Shown here: positions 19,701 to 29,148 of the stretch, in pieces
How positions within the stretch are numbered: the first letter of the stretch is position 1
Layout: each line of letters starts with the position of its first letter
Source: a virus
DNA: 64,000 nucleotides
IMG/VR virus record: IMGVR_UViG_3300033552_000002
Location: 1 to 64,000 of that record
Direction: 5' to 3' (one strand)
Notes under the pieces: generated by a model
Told to the model about the DNA's origin: nothing
What the model saw: the letters and a program-made list of their open reading frames with translations, nothing else
Databases searched by the model: none
Translations under genes and position numbers: made by a program

Positions 19701-22700
19701 TTTATATTTGCTCCAATACTTGTAATCTCACCTTCTGCAGTTTTTTCAAAAAGTAAATTACCTTTACTCATAAAATCAAAGACAGCAGTAGTCATAAACA
19801 TACCTGTACTTTTATCAGACATAGTAGGTATTAGCATGTTAGCCATTCTTACAGCTATTCCAGATATTACTGATCCATCAGGAAGCTTAGTAATCTTTCT
19901 ATCAGTAAAACCAGTCATACTAGCTATATCATAATCAATTTCACCTAAGTCAGTTATACCTGCTTTAAGTGGAGTGTCACCTTTTTCTTTGACAGCTGTA
20001 AGACTTAAATGAGCTATCTCAAATAAGTTTTTAAAAGTTGGCTCATTCTGTAACATTTCAAGTATGATAGAGCTCTTAGAGAATGATAATGATTGTAAGT
20101 CTTCAATTAGTGTATCATTGTCATCAGTTACACTTCTTTTTAAACTTGACACCATATCAGTAATATACTTAGTTGGCACTAATGTAGAAATGTTTTTACC
20201 TGAATCTCTAAAAGATAGAGCAACAAGATTTGGATTGTACTTAGCTTCAATTAGTGTTAAAGCTTTCATTACATTATTAAGTTCAGAAAATATAGTTTTA
20301 CCACTATCTAAACCTTTTTCAATTGGGCTTTCAATACCTTCCTTTAAGAATTTATAAATAGGTACAAAAAGACCTCCAGCATCTTGTGTAAATAATTCTT
20401 GAAAAACATATTGCTTTTGAGAATTATAAACACCTTCATTATATAACTCTTCCCAAGCACTATCTTCTAATGTAATACCTATCTTCTCTAACCAATTTTT
20501 TAAATCAGCTTGAGGTACATTAAGGTAATCATTATTAGAAGCTTCTCTCAAATTTTCAAGAGTTGTAGTCATTTCAGTTGCAAAAACTTTGTTAATACTA
20601 CCATCTTTGTTGTAAAGACCTGAACTTCTATTATCATTTTTCCACTTCTTATCTATAATTCTAGTGGCTTCATTAGAGTTAGTATTATAAATTTTTAATG
20701 TAATACCATTTGAACCTTTTTCATACATAGCAAATTTAGATACAAGAGTGTGTCTAACAAAATTAGAAACAAATTCATTCTTAATTTGTTCATCTGCAGA
20801 ATCTAGTTTAGTTAAAATTTCTCCAACAAAAGAAGATGCCCCATGCTTCACATACATTGGATTTAACTTAAGTTTTTCTATAATTTTATTGTAGTCTGAA
20901 ACTACCTCACTTCCCATAGCTAAAATTTTGCTTAACTCATTGTACACATCATTAAATGACATATAAACAGGTAAACCTAGATAGCCAGTTTCTTTGTTGT
21001 TTGCATTATCATATCTATTAATTTTATGTAAAAATCTTCTAAGTCTGTATGATGCTTTAGCTTTACCAGACTCTTCAATAGAATCTTTGTTGTAATCTTT
21101 TACAGTAAGACTAACATCATCTGTATCTTGATCTTCACTTAAATCTTCTTTAAGTACATTATCTATAGTTTCTTCTTTAATTTCATTCTTTCTAACTACA
21201 GTTAGTTTAGTTTGTAATTGAATATCCTTGAAAGCTTTATCATAAATTTCTTTATAATTAGCTTTAATATCTACAATGTTAGTAATTGTTGCAGCATAAG
21301 CATCACTTATAGCTTTATTCATAGGTAAAGAACTGTCAGAAGAGTTTGTAACTTCAGCTAACATTGCTACCATATCACTATTCAGTTTGTTTAAAACTAA
21401 ATTTAATTCTGATCTGATTTCTTCTTTAATCTTAGTTTCAGAGATTTTAAATTTATATTCAAAACTAACCTTCTCTCCAATACTATGTAAAATAAATTGT
21501 CTTATAGTTTTTTCTTGTAGGATATTAAGGTTACCAACTACTTTAAAAATATTTTCAAGCTTACTAGTGTCAGCAATCATGGCATCACTTTGATCAAAAT
21601 CTAAAGCATCTACACCTATATTTCTTAAAAAGTCAATGTGTTTTTGAGCATTTAAAGGAGTATTTTTAGCTTCATTTTCTTGATACATTTTTTCCAATGC
21701 AGCATTAACAGCTTTCATCCTGGCCTCTTCAGAAGTCATAGTAGCTACAGGTGCAGGTAAAACTTCTTGGCCTACTACTTCTGTATAAGATATATTAACA
21801 ATAGGTTGTATAGCAGTAGCATATACAGGGTCTAAATCTGTACCAACATTAAAAGATTTTACATTAGTTAATAAAGTTTGTTTTAGATAATCCTCATAGT
21901 TCATATTTTGAGATTCTACATTACCCTTACTAATATGAATCATGTTTTTAGTTTTACCTAAAGACTTCATGTTAGTATGTTGAGATACCAAATCCAGTAT
22001 ATTTTCTGAATTAAAAAGAATTTCTCTGTATTTATTCAAAGAACCTTGTTTAGGCATATTCTTACCTTGAAAATATAACTTAATAAAAGTCTCTATATTA
22101 TCAGTATTCTCAATGTCAAATCCAGTTTGATTATAAATATCTTGCTGTAATTGTTTAGCTTGAGCTAACTCTAATCCAAATTTCTTTTTGGTATCTCTTG
22201 AAATACCTTTTAACTTGATATTTGTAGCATCTGCTATAGTTAAGTGAGCAGAAAGGGCCCATTGAGCTGTTTCAATTTGGATAGCAGTAACTTGTCTACC
22301 TACTTCTAAAGCTCTATAGGTAGGAACAATTTCTCCTTTATCATTTTTCTCAAAACCTATTCTGTTTACATACCAAGTGTGACCATCTTTATTATTTCCT
22401 TCATCATCAGTTAAATCAAACTTACCTGCTTCACCTGCCCTGTTTTTATTTAGTAAAACTCCTTTATTAAAAGCTTGAGCAAAAGTTGAGTGTAAGTTTA
22501 CACCCCTTTGTACTACAATAAAAGATTGTGGATTTGATTCAGTTATTGAAATCTTAGGCAACTCTTCTGGAATTTTATGAAATACACCATCAGAAATCTT
22601 ATTAACAGTAACTTCTCTAAGACCTTTGTTAATATTATTTCTAAGATTTCTGGTATTATCTATACCTTTCTTAATATGATTTAACCAGTCTTTTGAAGCC

Positions 22701-25700
22701 AAATCAGGATTATCTGATGGCCCATAAGGATTACCTACATTATAAGGATTATACCAATCTGTATCTTGTACATAGGCTAATCTCTTACCTTTACTGTCAG
22801 TATAGAATATAGGATATTTATCTGTAAATTCTTGAGTCCTTCTAAAATTTGGATTTGCAATTTCTCTTTGTTCAACCCATTCTTTAAAAGAAATTTTTCC
22901 AAGTGCACCTAATGTATTTCTACCATTGGAAACTTGAATACTTCCCCATAAAGTTTCATCTGCAATTTCAATTTGAAACTTAGAGTCTGGCCCAAACTTG
23001 TCTGGATTAAGAATATCTCTAGGGTCTATATAAGAGTTCTCAGATAAATTTAAACTATTGCCTACAGTTTCTCTAGTTACAACTCCATTGACATTCACAT
23101 CAACATAAGGTAAGGCTAAAAATGCAGCTTTAGGTAGTATGTTTAATGTTCTAGTACTATCAATAAGTTGTACATCAGATTTAACTAATGGCATATTTTC
23201 TTCATCATAACCTATTACAGTTGTCTGCTTTTTAGCTACTTCTATTTGAGCTTTTTCTGTAGCTTCTTCATGTTGAACATAAGTACTTACAGTTCCTGTA
23301 GTTACAGTCTTTGTAAATATATTCATAATGTCATTTGCAAAATCAGAAAAAATACCTTTTTCAGGACTGAATAATTCATCATAAACAGATTGATAATCTG
23401 CTGTAGGATAGTTATTTGATTCCCAACCTTTAACCATATAGCTAAAGATTTGTTTCATTTTCTCCTTATCATCAGTAAACTTATAATAAGTATGCATAAA
23501 TTCCCTAAAAGTAGGGTTCTTACCCATTACTTCAGAGATTCTATCATAGGTTCTTTTAGCAGAAGCTTTAAGAGCAGCAAGTTGCTCAGGAGTATATTCA
23601 GTTTCAGAACCAATTTGAGAGTCAAATTCTGGGTCTTCTACAAAACTACCTACAGGAATTGTTTTTGGAGTTTCTTCTGGAGTACCAAATATATCAAATA
23701 AAGATATAGTGTCTTCAGTTTCAACAACTAATTGTTCTATAAATTCATTTTCAGCAACATCATCATATACTTCAATTGGAGCACTTTCACTAACTATTCC
23801 ATCACCATTTTCTATAGCTACCTCACTTGCAATTTTTCTTTGCTCTAGCAAATAATTTAAAGTGGCTTGGTCTTTTTCTTCCTTTTGCTGTAATTTTTTA
23901 CTAGCTAATTCTTCTTTTTTAACTGCAGCTAATTCATCAAAAACATTGGCTTTAATAGTTCCTCCAGAATTATTTTTAAGTTCCATTACAAACTGATCTA
24001 CCATTTCTGGAGTTTGTTGTAAGTCATTTTCAGAATTATTAAGAACTCTTTCACCTTCAATCTCAGCAACTAGAGCATCATATTGTCTAGAAACTTCTTT
24101 TCTTTCAGCTACATTTTCAGCATATTTAGGATTGATTTGCTCATTATACATTTTCATTGTATTATTCTGAGAATCCTGTATAGCACCTTTAGTCATTAAT
24201 AATGAAGTAAAAGTTTTAACTGGAGCCATACCTTCTTTTTCTAGACCATCTAAGAAATTATGGTAAATATCTTGCTCTACTGCATTATCAAATTGTCTAG
24301 ACAATAAAGTTTCCATAGAATAGTCAACAGTTATTCCTTCTCTTTGAATAAAAGCATCTATCTCTTCTTTAGCTTTATCTCTTGTAGTATCAAGGTCTTT
24401 ATCTATCTGAATTACAGCTTGTTTGTTAGCTAATTTTCTTTCAGCTAGACTAAATATTTCAGGAAAATTATCCTTTTCAGAATGTTCATCATAAACATTT
24501 TTTAATTCTTGAATTCTGCCTTTAGCTAATTGAAGATTTAATTTTGTTTCAGAACTAATATCTGGTTTAGATTGAAGTTTTTCTAATGTTTCTTCAAAGT
24601 TTTTAATTGTACCTGTTCTAATAGCTTGTCCAGCTAGGTTTACAAATTTCTTTTGTTCCAGTGTATTAGCAAGACCAGTTTTACCAGCTTCTTTTAATTG
24701 ATGTATAGCATAGTCATATTCAGAAGGATTGTATAAAGTTCCTCCTGTATTCATCATAATATGTTTGGCTAAGTCTGCATCATTCATTGAAGCATCTAAG
24801 CCTTTATATAATCTTTTAATATCATTCTTGTCTAACCTATAGTTATTAGCTCTAGCAGCCATTCCTGCACCTGCAAAACCACCTCCCATTATTAAAGTTT
24901 GAGCAATTACATCTATGTAAAAGTCAGGATTTGTAAGTTCTTCTAATTGTTGTTGATAATCTTGTTTATAAGTTGGCATGAACTGGTTCCATACTTCTTC
25001 TGCAACCTCTCCAGGAAGACCATTAATTAAACTTGCTCTACCTGTATGAGCAATAGCTTCTCCAGATAATTTACCTAAAGCAGCATTGTTTACAAGATTT
25101 TTAGTTTTATTATATCCTTTAACAACTGCATTAACTCCTTTACCTACTAAACTTTGAGATGCTTTTTCCCCTACATTTGCTATTCCTTTTACAATTTTAC
25201 CTCCTAAGTTGGTTCTTTCTACAGCACTTAATACTCTCCTAGTAGCCATATTATTAAATACACCTGGCAATGCTTCACCTACATACTTTTCAGAGAAATT
25301 TTCTTTAACAGATTCACTGAATCCATACCATAAAGATTCTCCTGTAGTATGAGATTTAGGTACAAGCATGTCAAACTCTTTCTTTAAGCCTGCAATTTGT
25401 GAAGTTAAAGTTTCAAGTTCACTTTTCTCCCCACCATTAAGATTTTGTTTTTTAGATAAAAGTTCTTGACGAGATGTAAGCATCTCAGTCTTTTTATCAA
25501 ATTCATCTTTATATTTATTATATCTACTTTCTCCAATTAATACTTTTTCAGTACCATCTTTACCTTTAATAATTTCAGCTTGACCTAAATTATCTTTAGC
25601 AAATTGTTGATACATCATAGGGGTTGCAACAGCTCCAGCACTTAAACTAGCTGCTCCACCTGCTGCTCTAGCAAGTACAGTAGACATTAAAGCTTTTTTA

Positions 25701-26926
25701 CCACCTTGCTTGGCAATTTCTTTTAGTGAGTTTTCAAAAGCACCTTTAACAAAAAATTCAGCTACACCTTTTTCAATTCCACCAGTTAAAGGACCTGCAG
25801 ATATCATACCTTGCATCATTACAAGTGATTGTCCTACTCCTTTACCCCAACCATATCCAGTTTGTCCTCTATCTAATCTAAGAGATTCTACTTCTTGTTT
25901 AGAAGCATAAGACATAAGAAGTGCTTCATCTCCTGATGATAATTTTTCAGTAGGTATATAGCCTATTACATTTTCATTTTCTCTTTTTTCTTTTTCTATT
26001 CTATCACTTTTATTCTTAGCTGCAACAGTAACAAGACCTCCATACATAGAGTTTACACCTATAGTTGCTAAATCTTTCTTCTGAGTACCAAGACCACTCC
26101 AAAAGTTTAAATCTCCAGATAGATAATCTTCCATCTGAGTAATACTTTCATTATAATTACTTTCTGCAATAGAATGTTTGTCTCCTTCAAAAGTTGTCAT
26201 AGGTCCAGAAGAAGGTTCCATTCCCATTCCTATTTGAGTATTTATAGGAATCTGTTCAGAAGCTCTTTTATCTGCAGAAATTTTTCTTTTTCTTTGAGTT
26301 TCAATAATATGTTGTTCAACAATAGGAGCTAAGTCTCTCTTTTCAATAGAGCTTCTTTTTTCAAATTCTTTATTTTGCTCTTTACTAAGACCAGTAAAAG
26401 GTTTATTTTCTATACTTTTGCTAATAGCGCCTACAAAAAGAGAAGCTTTAACTGAATCAGGTAAAGGATTAAACACACTGTTCATTACATCAGTGGCAGT
26501 ATTTTTTATCTTACCCCAAACAGTACTATCTTGTAATTCATTAAGTCTTGCACTATTATCAATAAGTTTAATTGTTTCATCATCAGCATTTTCTTCACCA
26601 AATTTCTTTGCTTGAGCTTCTTTTACTTTAGACCAAACTTCACTCTTATCTATAGTATTTACCTTATTCTGTTTCTCCATTTCTTTAGAAGATGCAGAAT
26701 TTTTAAAATCTCTAGCTTGTTTTTCATCAGATGATAGAGTCATCATATCTAATGCTTCAACAGAAAGATTACCTAACCCCATATTAGTAGAAGCTAATTC
26801 TTCTTGTGATATAGTGTTTTTAGGTATTGCAGTATTTTGCATTACTGCTGAAGAAAATTTAGCTTCTTTTTCTTTAATACTATTTTTTAAGAAATCTGCA
26901 GCTGTACTTTTTTTAGGTTGAAGCAT
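13778..26926 (-). CDS. giant virion-associated RNA polymerase-like polyprotein (4382 aa) with C-terminal zincin motif
   Basis: Uninterrupted 13.1-kb ORF. GLDYDIDKE (DYDID, nt 17303-17317, residues 3204-3208) matches the DxDxD metal loop of crAss-like virion RNAPs and QDE-1-type two-barrel polymerases. HELIH (nt 14423-14437, residues 4164-4168) is a zincin HExxH motif. Position among the large tail-proximal genes is as in crAss-like phages. Confidence 0.65.
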   Translation of the reverse strand: MLQPKKSTAADFLKNSIKEKEAKFSSAVMQNTAIPKNTISQEELASTNMGLGNLSVEALDMMTLSSDEKQARDFKNSASSKEMEKQNKVNTIDKSEVWSKVKEAQAKKFGEENADDETIKLIDNSARLNELQDSTVWGKIKNTATDVMNSVFNPLPDSVKASLFVGAISKSIENKPFTGLSKEQNKEFEKRSSIEKRDLAPIVEQHIIETQRKRKISADKRASEQIPINTQIGMGMEPSSGPMTTFEGDKHSIAESNYNESITQMEDYLSGDLNFWSGLGTQKKDLATIGVNSMYGGLVTVAAKNKSDRIEKEKRENENVIGYIPTEKLSSGDEALLMSYASKQEVESLRLDRGQTGYGWGKGVGQSLVMMQGMISAGPLTGGIEKGVAEFFVKGAFENSLKEIAKQGGKKALMSTVLARAAGGAASLSAGAVATPMMYQQFAKDNLGQAEIIKGKDGTEKVLIGESRYNKYKDEFDKKTEMLTSRQELLSKKQNLNGGEKSELETLTSQIAGLKKEFDMLVPKSHTTGESLWYGFSESVKENFSEKYVGEALPGVFNNMATRRVLSAVERTNLGGKIVKGIANVGEKASQSLVGKGVNAVVKGYNKTKNLVNNAALGKLSGEAIAHTGRASLINGLPGEVAEEVWNQFMPTYKQDYQQQLEELTNPDFYIDVIAQTLIMGGGFAGAGMAARANNYRLDKNDIKRLYKGLDASMNDADLAKHIMMNTGGTLYNPSEYDYAIHQLKEAGKTGLANTLEQKKFVNLAGQAIRTGTIKNFEETLEKLQSKPDISSETKLNLQLAKGRIQELKNVYDEHSEKDNFPEIFSLAERKLANKQAVIQIDKDLDTTRDKAKEEIDAFIQREGITVDYSMETLLSRQFDNAVEQDIYHNFLDGLEKEGMAPVKTFTSLLMTKGAIQDSQNNTMKMYNEQINPKYAENVAERKEVSRQYDALVAEIEGERVLNNSENDLQQTPEMVDQFVMELKNNSGGTIKANVFDELAAVKKEELASKKLQQKEEKDQATLNYLLEQRKIASEVAIENGDGIVSESAPIEVYDDVAENEFIEQLVVETEDTISLFDIFGTPEETPKTIPVGSFVEDPEFDSQIGSETEYTPEQLAALKASAKRTYDRISEVMGKNPTFREFMHTYYKFTDDKEKMKQIFSYMVKGWESNNYPTADYQSVYDELFSPEKGIFSDFANDIMNIFTKTVTTGTVSTYVQHEEATEKAQIEVAKKQTTVIGYDEENMPLVKSDVQLIDSTRTLNILPKAAFLALPYVDVNVNGVVTRETVGNSLNLSENSYIDPRDILNPDKFGPDSKFQIEIADETLWGSIQVSNGRNTLGALGKISFKEWVEQREIANPNFRRTQEFTDKYPIFYTDSKGKRLAYVQDTDWYNPYNVGNPYGPSDNPDLASKDWLNHIKKGIDNTRNLRNNINKGLREVTVNKISDGVFHKIPEELPKISITESNPQSFIVVQRGVNLHSTFAQAFNKGVLLNKNRAGEAGKFDLTDDEGNNKDGHTWYVNRIGFEKNDKGEIVPTYRALEVGRQVTAIQIETAQWALSAHLTIADATNIKLKGISRDTKKKFGLELAQAKQLQQDIYNQTGFDIENTDNIETFIKLYFQGKNMPKQGSLNKYREILFNSENILDLVSQHTNMKSLGKTKNMIHISKGNVESQNMNYEDYLKQTLLTNVKSFNVGTDLDPVYATAIQPIVNISYTEVVGQEVLPAPVATMTSEEARMKAVNAALEKMYQENEAKNTPLNAQKHIDFLRNIGVDALDFDQSDAMIADTSKLENIFKVVGNLNILQEKTIRQFILHSIGEKVSFEYKFKISETKIKEEIRSELNLVLNKLNSDMVAMLAEVTNSSDSSLPMNKAISDAYAATITNIVDIKANYKEIYDKAFKDIQLQTKLTVVRKNEIKEETIDNVLKEDLSEDQDTDDVSLTVKDYNKDSIEESGKAKASYRLRRFLHKINRYDNANNKETGYLGLPVYMSFNDVYNELSKILAMGSEVVSDYNKIIEKLKLNPMYVKHGASSFVGEILTKLDSADEQIKNEFVSNFVRHTLVSKFAMYEKGSNGITLKIYNTNSNEATRIIDKKWKNDNRSSGLYNKDGSINKVFATEMTTTLENLREASNNDYLNVPQADLKNWLEKIGITLEDSAWEELYNEGVYNSQKQYVFQELFTQDAGGLFVPIYKFLKEGIESPIEKGLDSGKTIFSELNNVMKALTLIEAKYNPNLVALSFRDSGKNISTLVPTKYITDMVSSLKRSVTDDNDTLIEDLQSLSFSKSSIILEMLQNEPTFKNLFEIAHLSLTAVKEKGDTPLKAGITDLGEIDYDIASMTGFTDRKITKLPDGSVISGIAVRMANMLIPTMSDKSTGMFMTTAVFDFMSKGNLLFEKTAEGEITSIGANIKELLFDKLVLPELERIVKFHREIKATNIKDYDNGAQLFHLLPIMNTLKDEDGTNILAKIANQDLEFSLEEVLEKYKDTFVNALESVVKNEVEHKKALWAPYTETNSNGKVISNIFDSNYFTEVGKNPANDYELGIYDFVLNGLLFNSEIFKVFAGDVALYSKDKNYKEDGKKISPSEITKASTYISINKEIGVNLGKRLALLIAPGNKIADSYNEQYNQIFLEDSIDITENAKYLIGNFYGETAMKEAEPLLNKYTKAVALLDKHEEGILRLNPERYNNVKNLLASLRKTLATNYPDLDAYFDIESTDAQEYSTATEHISVLHRYGRISDEEFKLISTKLLSVDNNGNPTADGYLTKEELELVFQPIKPVHTGTYINKKQDVNRVVYIKSSSFPLIPQLTAGNRLNELRLSMERLENRTGRFTRASYQTANKVGSTVNTINPFDVNSLVSLDSIDSNTALNDESDSRVLVLKRDNFRIQQDVPFKSDKKQDDKVSMGTQFFKLLFGDGVVENYTEENRDKFAHFPLNGEMVTGKELYNHYNKSFTTIVQNKKAGLFLELGLAPDGKIVNQNTFMVSLQELLYKEASSRGYSIKSLAGLTIEQLESKAGFYYEFKTPLWLSSDSNRYESLLNSIITNRLMKHKMPGNGFIAGSESGFKFKSELEGIEKSRIIYLDNWNGKELQGAHTTTTEDGKTVLSKNQIFVPSKFKDANKQLINLFEGFSETTKEGKYIYRRDNGTLGLKEGAISPELMNMFTFRTPTSSHVSGSSVEIAGILPPEVGDLMIVPKNFTKQKGLDYDIDKESAYQLNHYVNEAGQIVPLTQESVNEITQKLKDKIAEFNRENTYISSKSNAFNELFTQFINENSFGNMLDEESLETLMLPQLEPAQKLSKLTLDLEIKLAENEFIKSHLAVFNSTNNEIQKKTNKILSIDFAKDQANIIEKLNEEGKRNAEINDAKNTGLTPEQAGTLYDEKQLNFTLLTGSYQKSKMDLGSIGKVAIGVYANYTTFNGLLQQNTGEDVYIQDEEGNPAEINIGKFNSDGTLGMSTTLSPIGGYATWKKYQRSIADVFAEKENTATDNEKEQVLGRVGVNDATINVDAYLTLLGFDKDENGNSIPYMLLSQPIIKEFNKRKKDSKGILGTFLKEEALIDELTKKYGADSKNVFKLGTGVVSTVDASGDLVKTISFSALDGKALLDGIEFNGKDDAIQLLALDLYISLEKQARALSTVQKTINANSLGKSMIESQLKYEALKVLPKNKVIGNVAVLLGDFATEQGDKTDGVWIGDYYVTANTPQGQIVINGFNLGNTIYQDFFPYQDPAIINVVKEILAVQGKQEASDSVVIENFEDIVENIKKYVYSRKENNIFNIDPKAKRFELFKDTDDNTSLSTYLKNTLRNTDKTYRRAVKSINQNPLIKTFSYETGVTENELSLIKYNNTVTDNLDEEDLYNSIPNLIIDDEVLPDRNGQPYSTRLLAQDLASYAYLQGGIQKATEFVKFVPVEYLESVGMYEGPDNKFVPANRKLQFFSSKLQKIREGNNIFEVALGMKEDTTSTFTRQYFQHNPDKAPKASYKDKKNEQGNTFNYLNKEGKSPAFISIKGRKGDLDRYGLYEHAGNSLYHKIDVLGNKGVAEYEWKNENVVGINTTVLPVVAKLPESDAFLGQNDAFVIDENTSYTDLLTQISNADLSSEYTHLIEAAKWLLPLVKKGDIDKRETSKLRMTPGINNEGEAFRVSLDINLNPIYTTDVSKDRTALVFIHELIHTLSVNEVFQYFETDGITLKKGVTIPAHVTNLVLSFNHFRNKFKNEISNLDIKMKGGKDSFGSKEYTNRERELIYAGVSIQEFITVSLTSFMFQEEMNKVEYRQSGESIWERIKKNILDVLEAIYPGLKDNTIAKEAVMSSFNFVQQEANNRMEIEYLAMMDMSSQYEMEKANANEQALSAADTSREVKREDNVSEVTENEVNLPEEEMDPFNCK

Positions 26927-26946
26927 ATAAATTTTATTTTAGTCTA

Positions 26947-26954
26947 CAAATATA
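26947..26954 (-). promoter_or_regulatory. TAnnTTTG -7 box (TATATTTG) upstream of the giant gene
   Basis: The reverse complement of CAAATATA lies in the 32-nt gap between the 728-aa and 4382-aa genes, 20 nt before the ATG. Confidence 0.4.
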
Positions 26955-26958
26955 GTAA

Positions 26959-29145
26959 TTACTCTTCTGCTGAATATACTATTTGATGAATTCTTTTTAT
27001 TTCTTTTTCAGTTTTGTATTCAACTCTAGAACCATCAGCATGTACTATAAAAGCCCTACCTTTATCAGTCATAAAGCTTTCACCATTTCCAACATCTTTA
27101 ACTCTTTTAGCTAATGTACTAATATTAGTATGTGACATATCTCTGTTAAAAGCTCTTTCAGACATATTAGTATTTAAGAATGTATTTAAAGTTGGTACAT
27201 TAAGCTGATTAGTAGACATCAATACAGGTAATCTACTATTACCCATTTGCACATGCATAACTAAATTACTATCCCCATCATTAGCTAATGACATATCTAA
27301 TCCAATAGTTTTTTCATCTATAACAAAGCCTGCTTCTTTACCATTTTTTCTAGTTGTATACTTCTTGTTTCCATTTGCATCTACTCCAGATGTCATTAAC
27401 CCTTCTTTTTCTAGAAGTCCAAAACTTAACCTTCCTCCAGGAGCTGTTTTGTAAATAACTCTTTTACTACTTTTAACACCATCACTATCACTTTCTCCAT
27501 CAAACCATTTTGTTTTCTTAGCACCTGTAACTGAGTTAACAATAAGACTTGTCCCTGCTCTTTTATCATTCTGAGGTACATAAACAATAGTGTTACCTTT
27601 GGCATCATCAAACTCTAGAGTGGAACCTTTAACAGTCTGATCAATATTAAAATATGCATCATCAAAAAATTGTCCAGCTGCACCTTGAATTTCTTTTATA
27701 GTTGCAGTAGACATACCAGTTTCATTAAAAGAAACTACATTGTCCATAACATTATTTTTGTTCTTGGTTTCACCTAAGAACTTATTGTAAACATTTTTAA
27801 TTAAAGGATTATTTAACCATCCAGGTTTACTTGTATCTAAGTTTTTTAGAGTTGAATTTTTTAAATAATCTTTAAATCCTTGGGCCTGAGCAGATAAGAA
27901 ATTCTTTTTAGTTAATTGAGATTTATAATCACTTGATAATTTATAAGCACTATCTTCAGATAAACCTGCAGCTACCATAGCTTGCACATTTCCTTGTTTT
28001 ATTAATTTTTCTGTTTCACTTCCAGGTTTAACTTTTAATTGTTTAATTTGACTTTGTAAAGCATTCTGACTATTTGTTAATCCTTGATTAACTAAACCTA
28101 AAGCTTTTTGAAAATTATCAGCTGAGTTACTAGCTACTTGATATACATGACCATAAGTAGTATTAATGTGTTCTGGAATTAGTTTAGCAGCAGCTGCATC
28201 TTCTCTTTGATAATCTTTGTTTTTAAAGTAACCTGCATCATTACCTATAGTATTAGAATCTTTAGTTACTCCTCTAGCATAAGTACTGATACCAGCATTT
28301 ATTTTGTTACCATAATAATCATTTCTAAAACCTTTGAATTGCTTTTTACCATCTTTGTCAGTATTAAATTCATATAACTGAGATAAATCAGCATTTTCAA
28401 ATCCAGCTATACCTAAATTTCTTCTTTCATTTACAGCTGCTTGTAAATTAGGATTTGCTTGTATGTAATCAACATAAGCTTGAGCTACTCTTTCTTTAGA
28501 AACTCCTTGATAAGAACCTTGCTTAGTATAGGTATAACCATTTCCACCATTAGTTTCTTTGGTTACATCATATCCACTATCTTTCATGTGTTGAGCAAAA
28601 CCTTCATCAAATACTAAACCTTTGTAATCCCCAGTAATACTAGGACTTTGCCCAGCTGTACCAGTATTATTGTTCCAACCAATTCCTGTATATTTAGCTA
28701 AGATTTCTTTTTTCCTAGCTGCTTTATAAGCTGCATCATATCCATCTTTTTCTGACAATTTATCTATAACATCATACTCTTCAGCAACTTGTTTTCTATA
28801 CTTTTGCATAGTACCAATTTCACCTGTACTCCAATCAGCCCCAATATCTCTACCAAGTTTAGTAATATCTCCTTGATACTTACTATACTCCATAGGATTA
28901 GCTTGAATATTAGAAACAATGCCACTAATATTTTGTTCATAAGCTTTGATCTTTTCTTGTAGTCTTGGAGTATCTTGTGTTAAAGCTTCTGCTTTAAGTT
29001 TATCTAAAAAAGATACTGCACTAGATATAGTATCATCAACTGCTTTCTCTTTGTTCATTAGAACATTAGACATTAATTCAGCAGGAGCTTCATACATTTT
29101 ATTATCTATGAAGTGTGGTTGCGAAGTTTCATAAAATCTACCCAT
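26959..29145 (-). CDS. large virion protein (728 aa), function unknown
   Basis: Long ORF packed within 3 nt of the neighbouring large genes. No motif recognised. Confidence 0.55.
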   Translation of the reverse strand: MGRFYETSQPHFIDNKMYEAPAELMSNVLMNKEKAVDDTISSAVSFLDKLKAEALTQDTPRLQEKIKAYEQNISGIVSNIQANPMEYSKYQGDITKLGRDIGADWSTGEIGTMQKYRKQVAEEYDVIDKLSEKDGYDAAYKAARKKEILAKYTGIGWNNNTGTAGQSPSITGDYKGLVFDEGFAQHMKDSGYDVTKETNGGNGYTYTKQGSYQGVSKERVAQAYVDYIQANPNLQAAVNERRNLGIAGFENADLSQLYEFNTDKDGKKQFKGFRNDYYGNKINAGISTYARGVTKDSNTIGNDAGYFKNKDYQREDAAAAKLIPEHINTTYGHVYQVASNSADNFQKALGLVNQGLTNSQNALQSQIKQLKVKPGSETEKLIKQGNVQAMVAAGLSEDSAYKLSSDYKSQLTKKNFLSAQAQGFKDYLKNSTLKNLDTSKPGWLNNPLIKNVYNKFLGETKNKNNVMDNVVSFNETGMSTATIKEIQGAAGQFFDDAYFNIDQTVKGSTLEFDDAKGNTIVYVPQNDKRAGTSLIVNSVTGAKKTKWFDGESDSDGVKSSKRVIYKTAPGGRLSFGLLEKEGLMTSGVDANGNKKYTTRKNGKEAGFVIDEKTIGLDMSLANDGDSNLVMHVQMGNSRLPVLMSTNQLNVPTLNTFLNTNMSERAFNRDMSHTNISTLAKRVKDVGNGESFMTDKGRAFIVHADGSRVEYKTEKEIKRIHQIVYSAEE

Positions 29146-29148
29146 TTC

